Shown here: positions 37,243-39,234 of the stretch, one piece after another | Position numbering within the stretch: position 1 is the first letter of the stretch | How the letters are laid out: the number at the start of each line of letters is the position of its first letter | NCBI GenBank assembly: GCA_001275005.1 | Contig: JWZX01002561.1 | Span: 1 to 39,234 of the forward strand | Reading direction: 5' to 3' | DNA from: Chrysochromulina tobinii | Taxonomy: Eukaryota | Length of the DNA: 39,234 nucleotides | Program-made: the position numbers and the translations under genes | Notes under the pieces: model-generated | Seen by the model: the letters and a program-made list of their open reading frames with translations, nothing else | Database searches by the model: none | What the model was told of the DNA's origin: nothing

Positions 37243-39234
37243 TCACGCGCCCCCTCCCCCCGCTTCGGTCGCCTGCTCGCCGGCCGGACCCTCGGCTGCA
37301 TTCTCAGCATCGATGAACTCAGATAGATCGAACTCCGCGCTCGAGGAGATGTGCTCGGACTCTCGCGACTCCCCGATTCTTATGTTGGTCTCCGCTCCCT
37401 GCCCCCGTGCAGGGCGCGACTCCCCGCCAGTGACCCCGCCAGTGGCAGGTCGAGCTGGCAAAGGAGACAGCACATACAGAGTCTCCCTGCCAGTGACATG
37501 CGAGTCGACAGCAGGCGCCGCTCGCATGATCGACCCCACCCCCACCCCTACCTCACCAATCGCCCCCACCCCCGCAGGTATTCCAAACGCCACCTCGCCG
37601 TCGAGGGTTGAGCCGGCGCTGGGAAGAGCTGGCGACCCGGCGGTTGCACTAGCACCGCCGACGAGGCCGGTGCTCGATGTGCCCTGCAGATGCCGATACA
37701 GGCGCTCCATGTCCGCACTGTGCTGCTTCTGCATGCTGATAATGTCCGCACTGTGCTGCTTCTGCATCAGGATGAGCTTCTGGTTGAGTTCGTCCATCGC
37801 GTGCATCAACTGCGTGTGCTTGTCATCTTCGAGAGGGGCATCGCCAGTATCCTTCCACTGCGCCTGTGGCATCTGATTCGCCGTCAAGACCGTCCTCCGG
37901 CTCTCTTCGCCACGTTCCTCCTCCATCACCTTTTCCTTCTCCTTCTCCAGTCGCTTCAGCTCACGCTTGCTCTTCGGGGCGGCGTCGTCGCCGTCGCGTC
38001 TGATCGCAACTTGAATGTCGGCGCGATCCTTGTCCATACGTCCGAAGAACGACTTCGAAACTGTGGCCACGTTGGAGGCGTGGTTGAAAAGGTCGCCTGC
38101 GTGCGTGCACTGGCAGCGCGCGGCTTCAACGACGTGCCGACGAAGCGCGAGCTTGATCATCATCAGCCGCAGCCGTGCCTTGGAGGCGGGGAACAGACCG
38201 ATCACCTGCATGAGCGTGTCACGGTTGAGCGTCATCGTGTCCACGTACGAGATCGCGCGCGCGTGCTTCTTCGAGAAGTAACGAGGCTCGGACAGGATGA
38301 CGTCATCCCCCCAGACTGCGCCGCTGCGCAAGATCGCGCTCCCGTAAAGCACCATCCCACGGGCAACCACGTACAGGTTTTGGAGCGGCGCGATCTCGCT
38401 CGGGGCGAACGTGAGCACCGACGTCTCGCGCGCCAGCCGCGCCAAGCACGCGGGCTCGAGGTTTTGGAAGAACCAGACCTTCTGGAGCCAAGGCCGGTTC
38501 ACGTAGAGGAGGATCTCGCACTGGAGGCCGGCCGACAAGCACGAGATGACACCCTCGTTGTACTTGGACAGCTGTGAGGGCTGCTGCTGGTACATGTACT
38601 CGCGGATCCGGCGTGCCATCTCTTTGGGCAGCTGGTGCGCGTTCGCGTGCCGGTTGAGCGAGTCGAGCAACTGCTTGAAGTGCGTCATGCCCGGCTCACC
38701 GTTGGTTGCCATGTCGCAGAAGAGGGCAAGCAGGTACGTCCAGAGCAACGCCCCTAAAAGCATCAAGACTAGCACGAGCATCGTCTCGGCCTCCGAAGAC
38801 TCACTCGGGTAGAAGTCGGTGCCGCCCGTGCCCGTGATGATCATGACGGACCACATGAACGACGCAAGGTAGAGAACAGGGGTGCTCACATAGCAAGCAT
38901 CGTCCTTGCAGTAGCCATAATTGCCGAGCCACGTGTCCTGCTTGTTCGAGTGCATCGCCGTAGAGATGCCGAGGATGCTCGCGTATAGGTGGGCGCCGAC
39001 CAGGAGCAACGTCACGCAGGTGAGCACCGTCAACTGGGCTGAGGAGAGGGTGATCTTGGAAAGCAAGCGCTTGTATATACGCGAGGCGCGCACAAGGCGC
39101 ACGAGCTTGGTCAAGCGAACCACGCGCAGGGCGCGAAGCGCCGAGGGGTCAGGCGCATCGTCTCCCATCTCGCCCGTCGCGGTCGCAATGTCAAAGTACG
39201 CGGGCACGAAGAGCGTGGCGGCGTCGAGCAGGAA
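37243..39234 (-). CDS. Second CNBD-family cation channel, inverted paralog of 29705-32320; 5' part lies beyond the window
   Basis: Reverse complement matches copy 1 from position 30218 onward almost residue for residue through the TM, pore and CNBD regions; C-terminal tail diverged. Confidence 0.9.
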   Translation of the reverse strand, partial: FLLDAATLFVPAYFDIATATGEMGDDAPDPSALRALRVVRLTKLVRLVRASRIYKRLLSKITLSSAQLTVLTCVTLLLVGAHLYASILGISTAMHSNKQDTWLGNYGYCKDDACYVSTPVLYLASFMWSVMIITGTGGTDFYPSESSEAETMLVLVLMLLGALLWTYLLALFCDMATNGEPGMTHFKQLLDSLNRHANAHQLPKEMARRIREYMYQQQPSQLSKYNEGVISCLSAGLQCEILLYVNRPWLQKVWFFQNLEPACLARLARETSVLTFAPSEIAPLQNLYVVARGMVLYGSAILRSGAVWGDDVILSEPRYFSKKHARAISYVDTMTLNRDTLMQVIGLFPASKARLRLMMIKLALRRHVVEAARCQCTHAGDLFNHASNVATVSKSFFGRMDKDRADIQVAIRRDGDDAAPKSKRELKRLEKEKEKVMEEERGEESRRTVLTANQMPQAQWKDTGDAPLEDDKHTQLMHAMDELNQKLILMQKQHSADIISMQKQHSADMERLYRHLQGTSSTGLVGGASATAGSPALPSAGSTLDGEVAFGIPAGVGAIGEVGVGVGSIMRAAPAVDSHVTGRETLYVLSPLPARPATGGVTGGESRPARGQGAETNIRIGESRESEHISSSAEFDLSEFIDAENAAEGPAGEQATEAGGGGA

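Noticed and set aside
1..39234. tRNA, rRNA, transposase, reverse transcriptase or viral genes
   Set aside because: No recognisable signatures; any enzyme mobilising the intron cassette is not encoded in this window

Overview
GC-rich, gene-dense eukaryotic DNA, most likely from a haptophyte or similar alga (inferred from GC content, compact intergenic regions, gene content and intron style). About 18 protein-coding genes: an SDR, a PH-domain/WH2 protein, a nucleotide-sugar transporter, three hypothetical proteins, a frameshifted Rab-like GTPase, a sulfatase, a USP20/33-like deubiquitinase, a DUF1997-like protein, a DUF3405-Kelch secreted protein, a NodB deacetylase fused to a 2OG-Fe(II) oxygenase, an ShKT protein, a class II HDAC, a beta-mannosyltransferase-like protein, a Tic22-like protein and an inverted pair of cyclic-nucleotide-binding-domain channels with a non-canonical pore motif. 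The most striking signal is in the introns. Many of the ~18 inferred introns consist of a copy of the adjacent exon edge (about 9-42 nt) plus one of two reusable splice-signal modules: a conserved 40-44 nt GCATGCAAGTGCTCACCACGGCG...CAG cassette (5 copies in two unrelated genes) or a sense-strand 10-12 bp (TGATTGC-type) microsatellite ending in ATCAG. Several are stacked back-to-back (AG|GT, AG|GC). This looks like an active, Introner-like intron-generating process with unusually long duplications. All exon models are inferred from splice signals and restored protein motifs, not from transcripts.
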